A stretch of 64,000 nt of DNA, taken from NCBI RefSeq assembly GCF_026210795.1, contig NC_089429.1, positions 1,612,001 to 1,676,000 on the forward strand. The letters run 5' to 3'. Below the pieces are notes generated by a model that did no database searches, had not been told where the DNA came from, and was given only the letters and a program-made list of their open reading frames with translations. The translations under genes were made by a program, and so were the position numbers. Within the stretch, counting starts at the first letter, position 1; each line of letters opens with the position of its first letter. Positions 49,580-61,025 of the stretch are shown here, in pieces. The stretch is from Rhizophagus irregularis (Eukaryota).

Positions 49580-50506
49580 ATAGCCAGAGTAAAATGTTTT
49601 GTTGATTTTGTCATAAATACCGAATATTTGAAAACACTAAAAGATCAGTTGGTTTTTATTATTAATTATTATAATTTTATCTTATTTAATATGGTAAAAT
49701 TTTAATCAATTTTATTTTTTGCTCATATCATAATCGAATTATAGATAAATTATCGTAATAATTAATTTTTTTAAATATAGTATACCAGAAATTTCATCAT
49801 ATTGATTTATCCTGTTGCAACGTAATAGGTTACAGCTAGTAATTCAAAGCTGATTAATATCTGTATAGTATTTTATACGATCAAATTTAAATTTTTTTCA
49901 CCAAAAAAAGATGAAAAAAATAAAAAATATAAACGCATAAAAATCAATAAAAAGCGTTCTCTTGTTATGTTTAGAAAGTATATGCTTTTTTCTTATAGTG
50001 TTTTGTGATGATCAAGTTATATTTTTTTTAAAAAATATAATTGTTGTTTAAAAGTTTGATATAACGATAATATTTTTTTTTTGTCATATTCAAATTATAA
50101 TCGTTTATATAAAACAATTTATTACTATTACCATCTGATCGTCTAATCAATAACTCTGGAGCTAAACAGAGTCGATGAAACATAAAAAGTTTATAATTTG
50201 TTAAAAAAAAAGCAAGCTCATACGATAAAAAAAAGAGCATTTAAAACCCGATTTTTTCTTTTTTTTTTATTTTTCCTAGAATCTCAGGCCTAAATTTTAT
50301 CGATTGCTTATATTTATAGAATAGCAGTAATTTTACCGTCGATCGGACGCAGCAAATACTAAACGATCATCCGGTTCTTGAATAGTTGGGAAATTTATAA
50401 AACCGAATAACCGAAGATGATCGTCAATATGCACAATTATATAAATACCGTTGTATAATTTTTGTTCAACTTCTCAACTTCTATAAATTACTTGAAATAC
50501 AACATT

Positions 50507-52829
50507 ATGAACGCAGATAATAATACATTTGATCCTACGCCAAGATTAAAATCTAGCCCCGTACCTGTTTTATTTATTCCTTTTAAAAATGATGAGAATA
50601 TGTGTAATTATTGTGGAGATAAATACTCCGTAACACTTAAATTTAAACAAAAATATTGTAAAAATTGTTTGTTTTTGTATATTAAAGATACAAAGGGCAA
50701 TGATACATACTTGGATACATATATAATTACAAATAATGCTCAGTGTATCAAACATGAAGTAAATAGGAATAATTTTAATACAATGAATATTCAAGAATGG
50801 TGTGAATATTGTTCTGAGGTTTCATATTTTAGACAAGTAATCCCAAATACCTTGTCGTTCAATAATAGCTATTTATCACTGTATTGTACTCATAAAAAAA
50901 TAGATTGTGAATTATGTGATAAACAATGGTCATCATATTTATCTAAGCATGGCCAAGATTGTTACCAAATTTTTTCTGGATGGGTAGAATCAACTTTGAT
51001 TAGAGCATCCATTTCAATTCTATATTTACCGTGGTGGGATAATTGTAATAAGTGCTCATTTTGTGAATTAGACCTAAAATACATACTACACCAAGAGTCA
51101 GAATCTTACTATCAAAAATGGTGTTCTAAATGCTATGTAATTTATACTGGATGTAGGTATTGTTTAACAACAAATATTATTTTTGGAATTACGGACCAAT
51201 CCCAATGTATGAAATGTAAAAGGATATTATTTATTACTATTGATATTACAAATATGTTCAGTGGAAATTACATCATAGATGAACTTCTTGCTTCTACAAT
51301 ATTTGACAACAATCAACAATATTTGATTGCTGATTATATGAATAATAATACAAATATAAATCCATTAAAAGTATATAAATTTATTATAAAACATTTGCGT
51401 AAATTTAGACTAGTAATAAAATGGATTCCATATTCTCAAATTGAAAATTTAAGGAAAATAGCAGAAGGTGGATTTAGTATTATTTATAAAGCAATTTGGG
51501 TTGATGGTTCATTAGATAGAGATGTTGCTATAAAAAGATTACATAATTCACAAAATATTAGTAAATATTTTTTAGATGAGGTATATTTAATATTAATATT
51601 TTGGATTTTACAATGTATTTAAAAATTTAACTAAAATATTTGTAATTTACTAGCTAAAATCATTTTGTCAACTTAATAATAAAGGTTGTGGTTTGATTAT
51701 GTGTCATGGTATTACACAAGATCCCATAACAAAAGAGTATATGTTGATAATGGATTATGCGGAAGGTGGAGATTTACATAATTATTTGCAAAAGAATTTT
51801 ATAAACATTACATGGATTGATAAAATAAATATTTTAAATGATATTTCATCTGGGTATGTATATTAAATGTATAAATATCATGTATTTTTTATATTTAAGT
51901 TTATTAACTACTAAATTTTTTTGTTTTAGACTTCATGGTATTCATAGAAATAATTTTATACATCGAGACTTTCATAGTGGAAATATATTATTATCATTAT
52001 GGAACATAGACTATTTAGACGATTGGCGAATTGGGGACTTAGGATTATCACAACCTGCAAATAATACTTTATCAAGTAATGAAACATACGGAGTAATACC
52101 TTATATCGCACCAGAAATATTTAAAGGTGGTACATTTTCAAAAGAAACTGATGTATATAGTTTTGGTATGATAATGTGGGAACTTACAACAGGTTGTAAA
52201 CCTTTTGCTAATGTTGAACATGATATTCATCTTATTTATAAAATTCTTGATGGAAAGCGGCCTGAAATTACAAACGATACTCCTGAATGTTTTGCTAACT
52301 TAATGATAAGATGTTGGGATTCTAATCCTTCAAAAAGACCAACTATAGATGAAATCTATGGTTCTGCTATCGATTGGAAATATATGTGTAGTTATTTTTA
52401 TGATATGCCTCTATTATTTGAAATTATTGAAGAATTTCAACAAGCTGAAGAAACAAGATTGGAATTAACACAGTTAAAGAAACTTGGTCCTGAATTTAGT
52501 GAACAGTCTCATCAAAAGGCAATTTATACAAGTAGAGCATTAAGCTCTTTTATTTCTAAACCTATAAATTTATCTTCAATGACTTCGTCTAATATGAAGC
52601 AAGGTATATTATATTATAATTGACTAGTGGTGTAAAAAGTTTAAAATATTAATTAAACCACCAAATAATAATTCAGTATTTTATTTTAATTTTAGAATAC
52701 ATTACAAAGAATATGAATTTGATATTAATAATATTCAAAGGTAATCAGTTTAATAATATAAAATTATGAACAAAAAAATTAATAAATTTTTATTGTACAC
52801 ATTTTTTAGTTTATCCTCCAATAATATAA
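50507..52829 (+). CDS. Tyrosine-kinase-like (TKL-type) protein kinase with long Cys-rich N-terminus, multi-exon
   Basis: Exons 50507-51580, 51654-51853, 51930-52603, 52696-52740, 52810 onward. Motifs IAEGGFSIIYKA, VAIK, HRDFHSGNIL, GDLGLS, YGVIPYIAPE, DVYSFGMIMWEL, CWDSNPSKRP. As assembled it stops at 52829; a +1 correction in exon 4 would extend it through two exons to 53077. Confidence 0.87.
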
Positions 52830-54410
52830 ATTCCGCCGAACAATGCTCCTTTAACTCTCAGTATCAACCGCAAAGTAAGCCTATTTTGACTATAACCACG
52901 AATTCTTCAAAAAAGCGTGATATCGAAGAATTAAAAATTAAAACTCAAAATGATAGTACGTATGCTTTTTATATTAATGTCTGCAAAATACCACATTAAT
53001 TTTAAAAATTCCTTTAACAAATAGGAAAACGTGGTAAAACTAGTGCTTGTTGTCACACGACTGATCTTAATTTGTAGTCCAAGGTTCCTTTTAATATTAG
53101 AAGTTATACCGGATAAAATTCTACGTTAAAAAAGAAGGAATTCAGCATGCTACAAAAAAGTTTAGGAAGATCTAAAGTAAAAGAAGAGTGAAGTGGTTTG
53201 TGATTGGTAATTAATGAATTTAATATCGTATATATGGTCACACAGAATATTCATGACAAACTGAATCTTTATTAAACACGTGTTCGTTCTTCATTCATTA
53301 TTTCTAAAATGACTTAAAAATGGCTTTTAAAGCAGTTTTTTGTTATTTTCTTTTTTTTATTTAAATAAATAATTTTTTGTTTTGGATTTATTCAATCTTT
53401 TATTCCTTTATATACAAATAAAAAGTTTTTAAAATTAATGATTTTAACAATATTATGAACTTCTAGTTTTGGTTATAATAAATAAAACTTCAATGCATAA
53501 AATTATTTTAATTATTTTGAATACTATTAGGCGTGGAATAAAATTATTCATAAATAGAGTTTTTTTTAAAAAAGATTTTTTTTTTTTTAAAAAAAGAATA
53601 ATAAAATAAGAATAAAAATTTGGTAACAAAAAAAAAGAAAATTTCAAAGAAAAAATATGTGATATAACGTAAAATCATAGAACACTTTTGTTTTTATTCT
53701 TTATTTTATTTCACAGAGAAATACATTATCAGTAATAACTATAGGAGATGCAAAAATGTAAATCAGAAAGTAGCGCTAATAGAAAACTGTGAAAAAGCCA
53801 CCTAAGGTAATATTTCTCTGGTGAAAAGGGAAGTAAAGGACTTACTAGTTAATATACTACTGTAGTTAATGCTAGTCAGGGTTTGAAATCATCTAAATAA
53901 ATGATCTATTAATCTAATTTAAAAAGCAGCCCGTATTTTTTTTTTCATTTAATGATCCCACTGTCAAGTATATAAGTCCGAAGTTGAGTTTTTCTACAAA
54001 AAACAATAATCATGATGTGGAGTAGGTACTTCAAAATGTTTTATTTTTAGAAATTTCTTACTAATAATTTTAAAATTAATCATAACTGCTTATTTCTTAT
54101 TATTTAAGTCACAAAAATGATTATAAATCATGTAATTGCAAAATCACTACATTTTAAGACTTTTTTTTATTACATTTAATATTTAGTTTCTATATTAACC
54201 AACTTAGTCACACTGCTTTCAATAAAATAAAATAAAATATCTATTTTTAAAATAAACCATTACATTTATTACTTAATAATAATTCTCAGAATATTCAATA
54301 TATTTTTTTTCAAATGATCCCAATGAAAATATTTGTTATATCTAACTTATTATTGAACTGAAACATTTTTTGACAAATCATTAATTTGAAATGAATAATG
54401 ATAATAGCTT

Positions 54411-56093
54411 TTAATAATCATAACTTTTGCATATCTTATCATTATTTACAAAATCAAAAGCTTGAATATATAAATCATCATATTTTCGAACAATAATATC
54501 ATGTAATTTAAATTCATCTACTTCATATTTTAAGGAATATAGATCTTCAATTTCAATTCTATCATTATTTTGAAAAATTACATTAATAGCCAAATATTCA
54601 ACCCTTTTATTTTTCATAATATATTTCTTTATACATGATAAAATACTATCTACACCTTTTTTTTCCATCGTTGTTTTTGAAATTGATAATCTTCTAATAA
54701 ATGATGTTATTTTTTTCATTGCAGTTTTTCTAATTGATAATTTTCTAATAAAAGTATTCTGAGATTCTTTCAAAAATATTTCCAAATCATTTATATTAAA
54801 ATTGAGATCCAAACGTAAATATTCTAATTTAGAAGGAAGTATTTGTCCTAAATTTTGTAATATTATTGAACAAACTTTACCAGAATCATATGATTCAATA
54901 AAATTAAATTCAATAATAATATAATTAATATTTTTCAAATTATTATCAATTAAGTTGAATATTGGATGAATATTAATTTTATCAAATATAACTATATTTA
55001 AATATCTAACATTTGTACAATAATTTAAAATTAATTCAAGTAATTGTTGTTTTAATTCAGTAACTTCATCTGCCATAAATCCTAATTCAAAATTTTCTAA
55101 ATAATTACCAGAATTTTGTAATAATAATCGTAATAATTCAATCTGTATTATTTCCGACAAAAATAAAGATTTCAATTTGATTGGTTTTACAATATTGATG
55201 ATTTGATGAATAAAGTTTGAATCAAGAGATGAACAATAAATGATATGAATTGATTCTAAAACATTTAATTGATTGAAAAGTTGATTTAAAAGTTTTATAT
55301 TTTTAAAATCAATATGATAAAATATAATCGTGTTTAGAGTATTCGAAAAATTACTAAATGACAACATAGAATTATAAAAAGGATCATTATATCCAAATGA
55401 AATTGTTCTAAGATTTTGTTGTAAAGCAATAATATTTGATAAGTATTTTTCAATTAATGGAATTTTAGTAGCAAGTAAAAAATGAATTGATGAGATTGAA
55501 TTACAATTAGAAGATAAAAATTCTAAAAAAGGAATTATATTATTCATTCTATCAGATCTATAAATATGAATTACCAAATTTCTGATATTATGAATAATAA
55601 ATGGACTTTGTAAAATCAATTCCAAAGTATAATTGAAATATTCATAATCCATACTTATATCTAATACAAGTTCAAAAGAATATAAATTTACTTCATTCTC
55701 AATGAACGTTTTAAATAATGACTTATAAATTTCAGATTTTCCAGAAGTGGCGAAATTATCGATTGAAATTCTAATATTATGTGTACTTAAACATTTAATA
55801 AAATTAGGATAATTAAATAAAGTATTTGAATAAAATAAATTTTTAATAATCCCATGTTCAATTAAATGTGCTTTATCTTTTTCATTTAAATTAACTAATA
55901 AAATTTCAATAACTTGATAATTTTGGGTAGGAACTGAAAATGGATCTTCCCATAATAATGGAATTGCTAAACGACACCATAATCTGTTGACCAATATACA
56001 TGAATATAATGTCGAATAATCATATCTAAAATACTGTATAATTTCATCTGTATATTCACGTAAATTTTCTGAAAATACTTTTGAGCATGCCAT
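54411..56093 (-). CDS. F-box-like / LRR protein, intronless
   Basis: MACSKVFSENLREYTDEIIQYF..SCILVNRLWCRLAIPLLWEDPF. Start at 56093 by alignment; an in-frame ATG also exists at 56120. Confidence 0.88.
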   Translation of the reverse strand: MACSKVFSENLREYTDEIIQYFRYDYSTLYSCILVNRLWCRLAIPLLWEDPFSVPTQNYQVIEILLVNLNEKDKAHLIEHGIIKNLFYSNTLFNYPNFIKCLSTHNIRISIDNFATSGKSEIYKSLFKTFIENEVNLYSFELVLDISMDYEYFNYTLELILQSPFIIHNIRNLVIHIYRSDRMNNIIPFLEFLSSNCNSISSIHFLLATKIPLIEKYLSNIIALQQNLRTISFGYNDPFYNSMLSFSNFSNTLNTIIFYHIDFKNIKLLNQLFNQLNVLESIHIIYCSSLDSNFIHQIINIVKPIKLKSLFLSEIIQIELLRLLLQNSGNYLENFELGFMADEVTELKQQLLELILNYCTNVRYLNIVIFDKINIHPIFNLIDNNLKNINYIIIEFNFIESYDSGKVCSIILQNLGQILPSKLEYLRLDLNFNINDLEIFLKESQNTFIRKLSIRKTAMKKITSFIRRLSISKTTMEKKGVDSILSCIKKYIMKNKRVEYLAINVIFQNNDRIEIEDLYSLKYEVDEFKLHDIIVRKYDDLYIQAFDFVNNDKICKSYDY

Positions 56094-56519
56094 GTTATAA
56101 TATGTTATACTTTTGAGCATATATTATTACTTTTGTGCATATGTTATTGAAGAAAGAGAAGTGGCCATTTTTATACTTACCATATCACAGTTTTATCATA
56201 TCATATATATGTTATAGCAATGGTGAATCATAACACGCATGACACAATTGACACATGAATCATAAATGATCATATTTACTAAGTATTACTCAGTTTAATT
56301 GACTAATTTTGATAATAATAATATTTGATTGACACAAATGTTTAATAAATTTATTAAGATATATAATTACAGAATGCTACATCACATGGAAGAATTGAAA
56401 TATAATGTAATGATATCTCTTTTCAGTTACCAATGAAAAATGATCATTGAGTTTAATCACCAAATATAGAAATTTTTGTATAAAGTATCAAGCATCAATG
56501 TTAAGGTCTTATTAATTCT

Positions 56520-56805
56520 TTTAGTAATTATATATTTTTAAGGTCAAATATAACAAAACATAATCGTATTTAAAGTATTTGAGTATTTAGATTTTTTTAA
56601 TAACAATAATGTATTACATAAAAAAAACATCAAGCTTGAAATGAAAAATTTTTGAGATTGTGTTGTGACTTTTATAAACATTTAAACATTCTTAAATTAA
56701 ATTAAATTAAAGTAAAATTATTGATTTTAAATTTGGAATGTTAAAAAAGAATTGATGAGATTGATTTGCAAATTTGCAATATGAAACTAAAATCAGAAAT
56801 TCATA
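56520..56805 (-). pseudogene. Fragment of an F-box/LRR gene (middle LRR region)
   Basis: Minus-strand pieces CKSISSILF (cf. CNSISSIHF), KSQHNLK (cf. KSQQNLK) and LLLLKKSKYSNTLNTIMFCYI (cf. LKNPYCSNTLNTIIFYYV) occur in the correct order with stops and frameshifts. Confidence 0.65.
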
Positions 56806-58371
56806 TTTATAATTTATTTCAAGAAGGTGCAAGAAATACCATTGGAGCATCATTTAAAGCATAATATTATTAAATACTTATAGTTACTAAGTGTATAAAT
56901 CCCAAAAAAGCGGTCTTCTCATAATTATTATCCACTAAAGTATCAAACTCACTTTACTCACTTTTCAATGCGGATTTTCCGACATTTGTTACACAATATT
57001 TTTATATAGTGACTTATACTTATTAGTTTATAGAGATTACCCTGCATAAATTTGAGTGGTGTAACGTGTGATATGGCGTTGTTCCGGTCTATTCCATATT
57101 TATTATATTGATTGGTAATTTGTTGTTTTCTTTTGGTTAGACTGATGAATATTAAGTTAATATTGTTTCCTAACTAATAGATCATAAGGATATTTTTTTT
57201 AGTGGATTTTTTTTACAGGTACGGAAAGTTTGACCAACCTTACCGCAAACTCAATATCTATTTGATCAACAGTACCCGTTCACCTACTGTAAAGCCCGGA
57301 GCAGTAAACCATGATAAAAAATCCATGTGACCCATAATAAATTTTTTTTTAACACTGAAGTATATTACTAATTACGTAAAGAAAACTTTTTTAATGGTTT
57401 TAAAACTATTTTTTTAAAGAAGGTTTTTCTTTAAGAGAAACTATTATTATTTTTTTTTTTACCATTTTTTTTAATTTTGTCCTTTTCTTAACGGACCAAT
57501 TTTTTTTTTAACACAAAAAAGATTTCTTTAACCTGTAATATTTATTTATTAATATTATTTTAAAAAGTACTGTATGTATATATATTAAAATAAAGTAATT
57601 ACCTTTCGGCAAATTCTTTTTTTAGAAAATTATTTTGTTTATGTAATTAAAAAAAAATTTGGGGATACTTTGGTTACCCTGAAATTTGTAATGTGTAGCA
57701 TGTCTCGTTTTGGCACATATCTAAACCAATTAAAATAATCGATTAGTCTAAAAATTACGTACACGCTTATTAATCATTAAGGTTTAATAAGCCAAAAAAA
57801 AAATAATAAACAAAGAAAGATTAATCATTAGTGTAATGATGCCGATCATTTTTATTCGCTAAGCTAATTATCATTTTTATTATGATAAATTTAATAAATT
57901 TTAAAGAATTTAATATTTTTGTTCATGCTATAGCTTATTTTTAAAATATTATTTGCGTGCACAATTTACAAGTTCATTGATCACGTAGTAATTTCTATTA
58001 TTAAGACATTTGATTGATATTTTTGACGTTTGACCATGCGTCTATCGTGTTAGTACGTGGCATATTTTCATCGGTCACACAATAAAAATAAAGTTCCGGC
58101 AGAATTGAAAAGCCCCCACCAAATAACTATAAAATGTATTTACAATGAAATAGCGTGTGTAACACTAAGTCTTGGAAGATTCGTTAAATCTTAAACAAAG
58201 GGTTTAACAAAAAAAAAATTTTTTTTTTTTTTTTGTAACGGTCGATCATGCAGTGATCATAAACAACTTTATCTTGTGCGACATTGCCAGTCGAACTTTC
58301 CGAAATTCAAATAAATTTGCTCATATTTTAACGTAACTTCTAATTTTGAAATCCCCTTTTCCTTTAACAAT

Positions 58372-60114
58372 ATGACATGTTCAAAGTTATTTTCAGGAGA
58401 TTTACCTGAATTAATAAACGAAATTATAGAATATTTTCATGATGATTTCAAAACATTACATTCATGTATATTAGTTAATAGATTATGGTGTCGTCTGGCA
58501 ATTCCATTATTATGGAAGGATCCATTTTCAATTCTTACTGAAAATTATAATTTTATTGAAATTTATTTACATTATTTGAAAGATGATGATGAAAAAAAAT
58601 TAAATGAATATATAATCCGTAATGATCTATTTTCTTCAAACACATTGTTTAATTATCCTAGTTTTATTCAACATTTAGACACATGTAAGATCAATTACGC
58701 GATTAATAAGTGGATTACAACTTTTGAAACTTCAAAAACTGAAACACCAAATTCAGGTTATTTTATACAAAATACGAAGAAGTTATTACTTTCACAAACG
58801 CCCAACTTTACAAAATTAATTCATAGATTATTATTTCAAATATTCATTGAAAATGAAGTAATTTTGAATAGTTTTGAAATTATGTTGTTTAATAGTACAG
58901 GATTTGAATATTTTGATGAGATTTTACAATTAATATTACAAAATCCTAAATTCATTTATAATATTAAAAATTTTAAAATTGATTTGGATAAAGAAACTGA
59001 TAGCGTAACAAGATTTTCAAATTTTCTTTACTCTAATTGTGAGTCAATTTCATCACTTTATTTTCAATTTAGTTCAGATGATTCAGATCCAGATTCAGAT
59101 TTAGATGAAAATGATGATATTCATCCAGTTACTGAAAAATGTTTGTCATTATCACAAATAATTCAATCTCAAAAAAATCTTAAAAAGATTTTAATTGGTT
59201 ATAATTTCCCCTTACACCATTCACTATTATCATTAAAAAATCCTTATTGTTCAAATACATTAAACACAATCATATTTTATTATGTTGATTTTAATAATAT
59301 TACTGTTTTAACTGAAGTATTCAATCAATTGAATGTTTTAGAATCAATTCATATTATTTATTGTTTTTCTCTAGATTCTAAATTTATTCAACAGATTATC
59401 AACATTACTAAATCATTTAAATTAAAATCTTTATTTTTGAATGAAATTGATGATGATGATTTATTGGAACCGTTAATACAAAAGTCGGGAAATTATTTAG
59501 AAAATTTTGGAATTGTAAATAATGAATCAGGACCATTATTACAACAATTATTACAATTAATTATAAAATATTGTAATAAAATTAAATATTTGGGTCGTAT
59601 TAGGTTTTCTAATGAGAATACTCATCTAATAATTAATTTGATTGAAAATATTTCACAAAATCTTAGTTACCTTACAATTGATGCATTTTGTTTAAGTTAC
59701 CTTGAAAATAATCTTAATGATAGTATTAAAATTAGTTCAATTATATTACAAAATTTAGGACAAATTCTTCCTTTTAAATTAGAATATTTACATTTGATTC
59801 TTAATTCAATTGATGAAAATGATTTAAAAATATTCTTAAAAAATTTTCAAAATACTTTTGTTAAAAAATTATTAATCAAACATAAAAAGAATGATGATAA
59901 ATGTAAGAGTATTTATTCTTATATGGAAGAATTTATTATGAAAAAGAAAAGAGTTAAATATTTTGCTTTTACAGAAACTTATTTTGGAGTTATTAATGAT
60001 TTTTTTACTTGTGAAGATAAAGTAAAGAAATATGAATCATATGATATTCAAGTTTTAAATTATAGAGATTCATTTATTAGTAATATTTATGATTTTATAA
60101 ATGAAATTGATTAA
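58372..60114 (+). CDS. F-box-like / LRR protein, 580 aa, intronless
   Basis: MTCSKLFSGDLPELINEIIEYF..LHSCILVNRLWCRLAIPLLWKDPF and all family blocks. Confidence 0.88.
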   Translation: MTCSKLFSGDLPELINEIIEYFHDDFKTLHSCILVNRLWCRLAIPLLWKDPFSILTENYNFIEIYLHYLKDDDEKKLNEYIIRNDLFSSNTLFNYPSFIQHLDTCKINYAINKWITTFETSKTETPNSGYFIQNTKKLLLSQTPNFTKLIHRLLFQIFIENEVILNSFEIMLFNSTGFEYFDEILQLILQNPKFIYNIKNFKIDLDKETDSVTRFSNFLYSNCESISSLYFQFSSDDSDPDSDLDENDDIHPVTEKCLSLSQIIQSQKNLKKILIGYNFPLHHSLLSLKNPYCSNTLNTIIFYYVDFNNITVLTEVFNQLNVLESIHIIYCFSLDSKFIQQIINITKSFKLKSLFLNEIDDDDLLEPLIQKSGNYLENFGIVNNESGPLLQQLLQLIIKYCNKIKYLGRIRFSNENTHLIINLIENISQNLSYLTIDAFCLSYLENNLNDSIKISSIILQNLGQILPFKLEYLHLILNSIDENDLKIFLKNFQNTFVKKLLIKHKKNDDKCKSIYSYMEEFIMKKKRVKYFAFTETYFGVINDFFTCEDKVKKYESYDIQVLNYRDSFISNIYDFINEID

Positions 60115-60701
60115 ATTATTTATGTAATTTATTATTACTACCAATAAAGTTTCGAAATTTATCATGTGATATATTATAATCTACCGTGTACTTGATGCAG
60201 GCCAAAACTAATTTAATGCTGGCCAGAGTTAAATTAATATTGTTGTATTATGAATAAACACATATGACTCGGTATAATAAAATCAGTAAGTTGTGATAAA
60301 AATAATTATAGTGGATTTAGTTTAAGTAAAATTTGTCATAAGCCAAAATTAGTTTATTATATTGGGCTCCGAAGATAAAATAAACGTTGATCTTACTAAA
60401 GTAGTCTCTTTTCAATTATAGCGAACTTCATAGAAATTTTACTTTAACCCATTCAATATTATTATCAAAAGCATTAATGCTTGTGTAAGCTTGACTTTTT
60501 TAATTTGAGATTTACTTTTAAATATTGAAGCCGTAAAAAGCCAAAAAGGAATGTTAATAACGTTTTCAATTAAAAAAATCCCCCTCCCTTCCCGTTATAC
60601 TTACAATTCCATGTCAGATATCCAAAAGGCCGAAGTTAGGACCTAGGAGGCGTCCTTAAGAAAAAAAGAAGAATTTGAAGGGCTTTTTTTTTTTTTGAAA
60701 A

Positions 60702-60839
60702 GTCGCTGTTGTAGACAAAACTTGACTATGTCCCAAACCTTGCCATCGGCCTAAATTATCGGCCCAATTTAATAATGCCTTAAGATTGTACCAACGATGA
60801 TCTTCTAATTTAGGCCGATGGTAAGGTCTACATCGCAAC
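60702..60839. repeat. Relatively GC-rich long hairpin / inverted repeat
   Basis: accttgccatcggcctaaatta (60737-60758) pairs with taatttaggccgatggtaaggt (60806-60827), one mismatch; outer arm gtcgctgttgtagac vs gtctacatcgcaac. Confidence 0.7.
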
Positions 60840-61025
60840 ATCGCTATACATAAAATTATAACTATACTTGTATATAAAAAAGATAGACTATTATTGTAAT
60901 GCATTAGACTAATAAATAGACTTTTATTGCGCTGAATTTAGTTTTGCTTTTACATTGAAAAAAATGATGCTTGCTTTGTATTGTTAGAAGCAAAGTTACA
61001 TATTACTGTATTAGGAATTATATTA

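Noticed and set aside
60600..60640. Minus-strand cggccttttgg resembling U2 snRNA stem I
   Set aside because: The following sequence lacks the U2 CTAAGATCAAGTGTAGTA branch-pairing region; an 11-mer match is insufficient.
60656..60904. 82-aa minus-strand ORF with a hydrophobic N-terminus as a small secreted protein
   Set aside because: Overlaps the hairpin and ends in homopolymer-encoded KKKK/FFFF; likely spurious.
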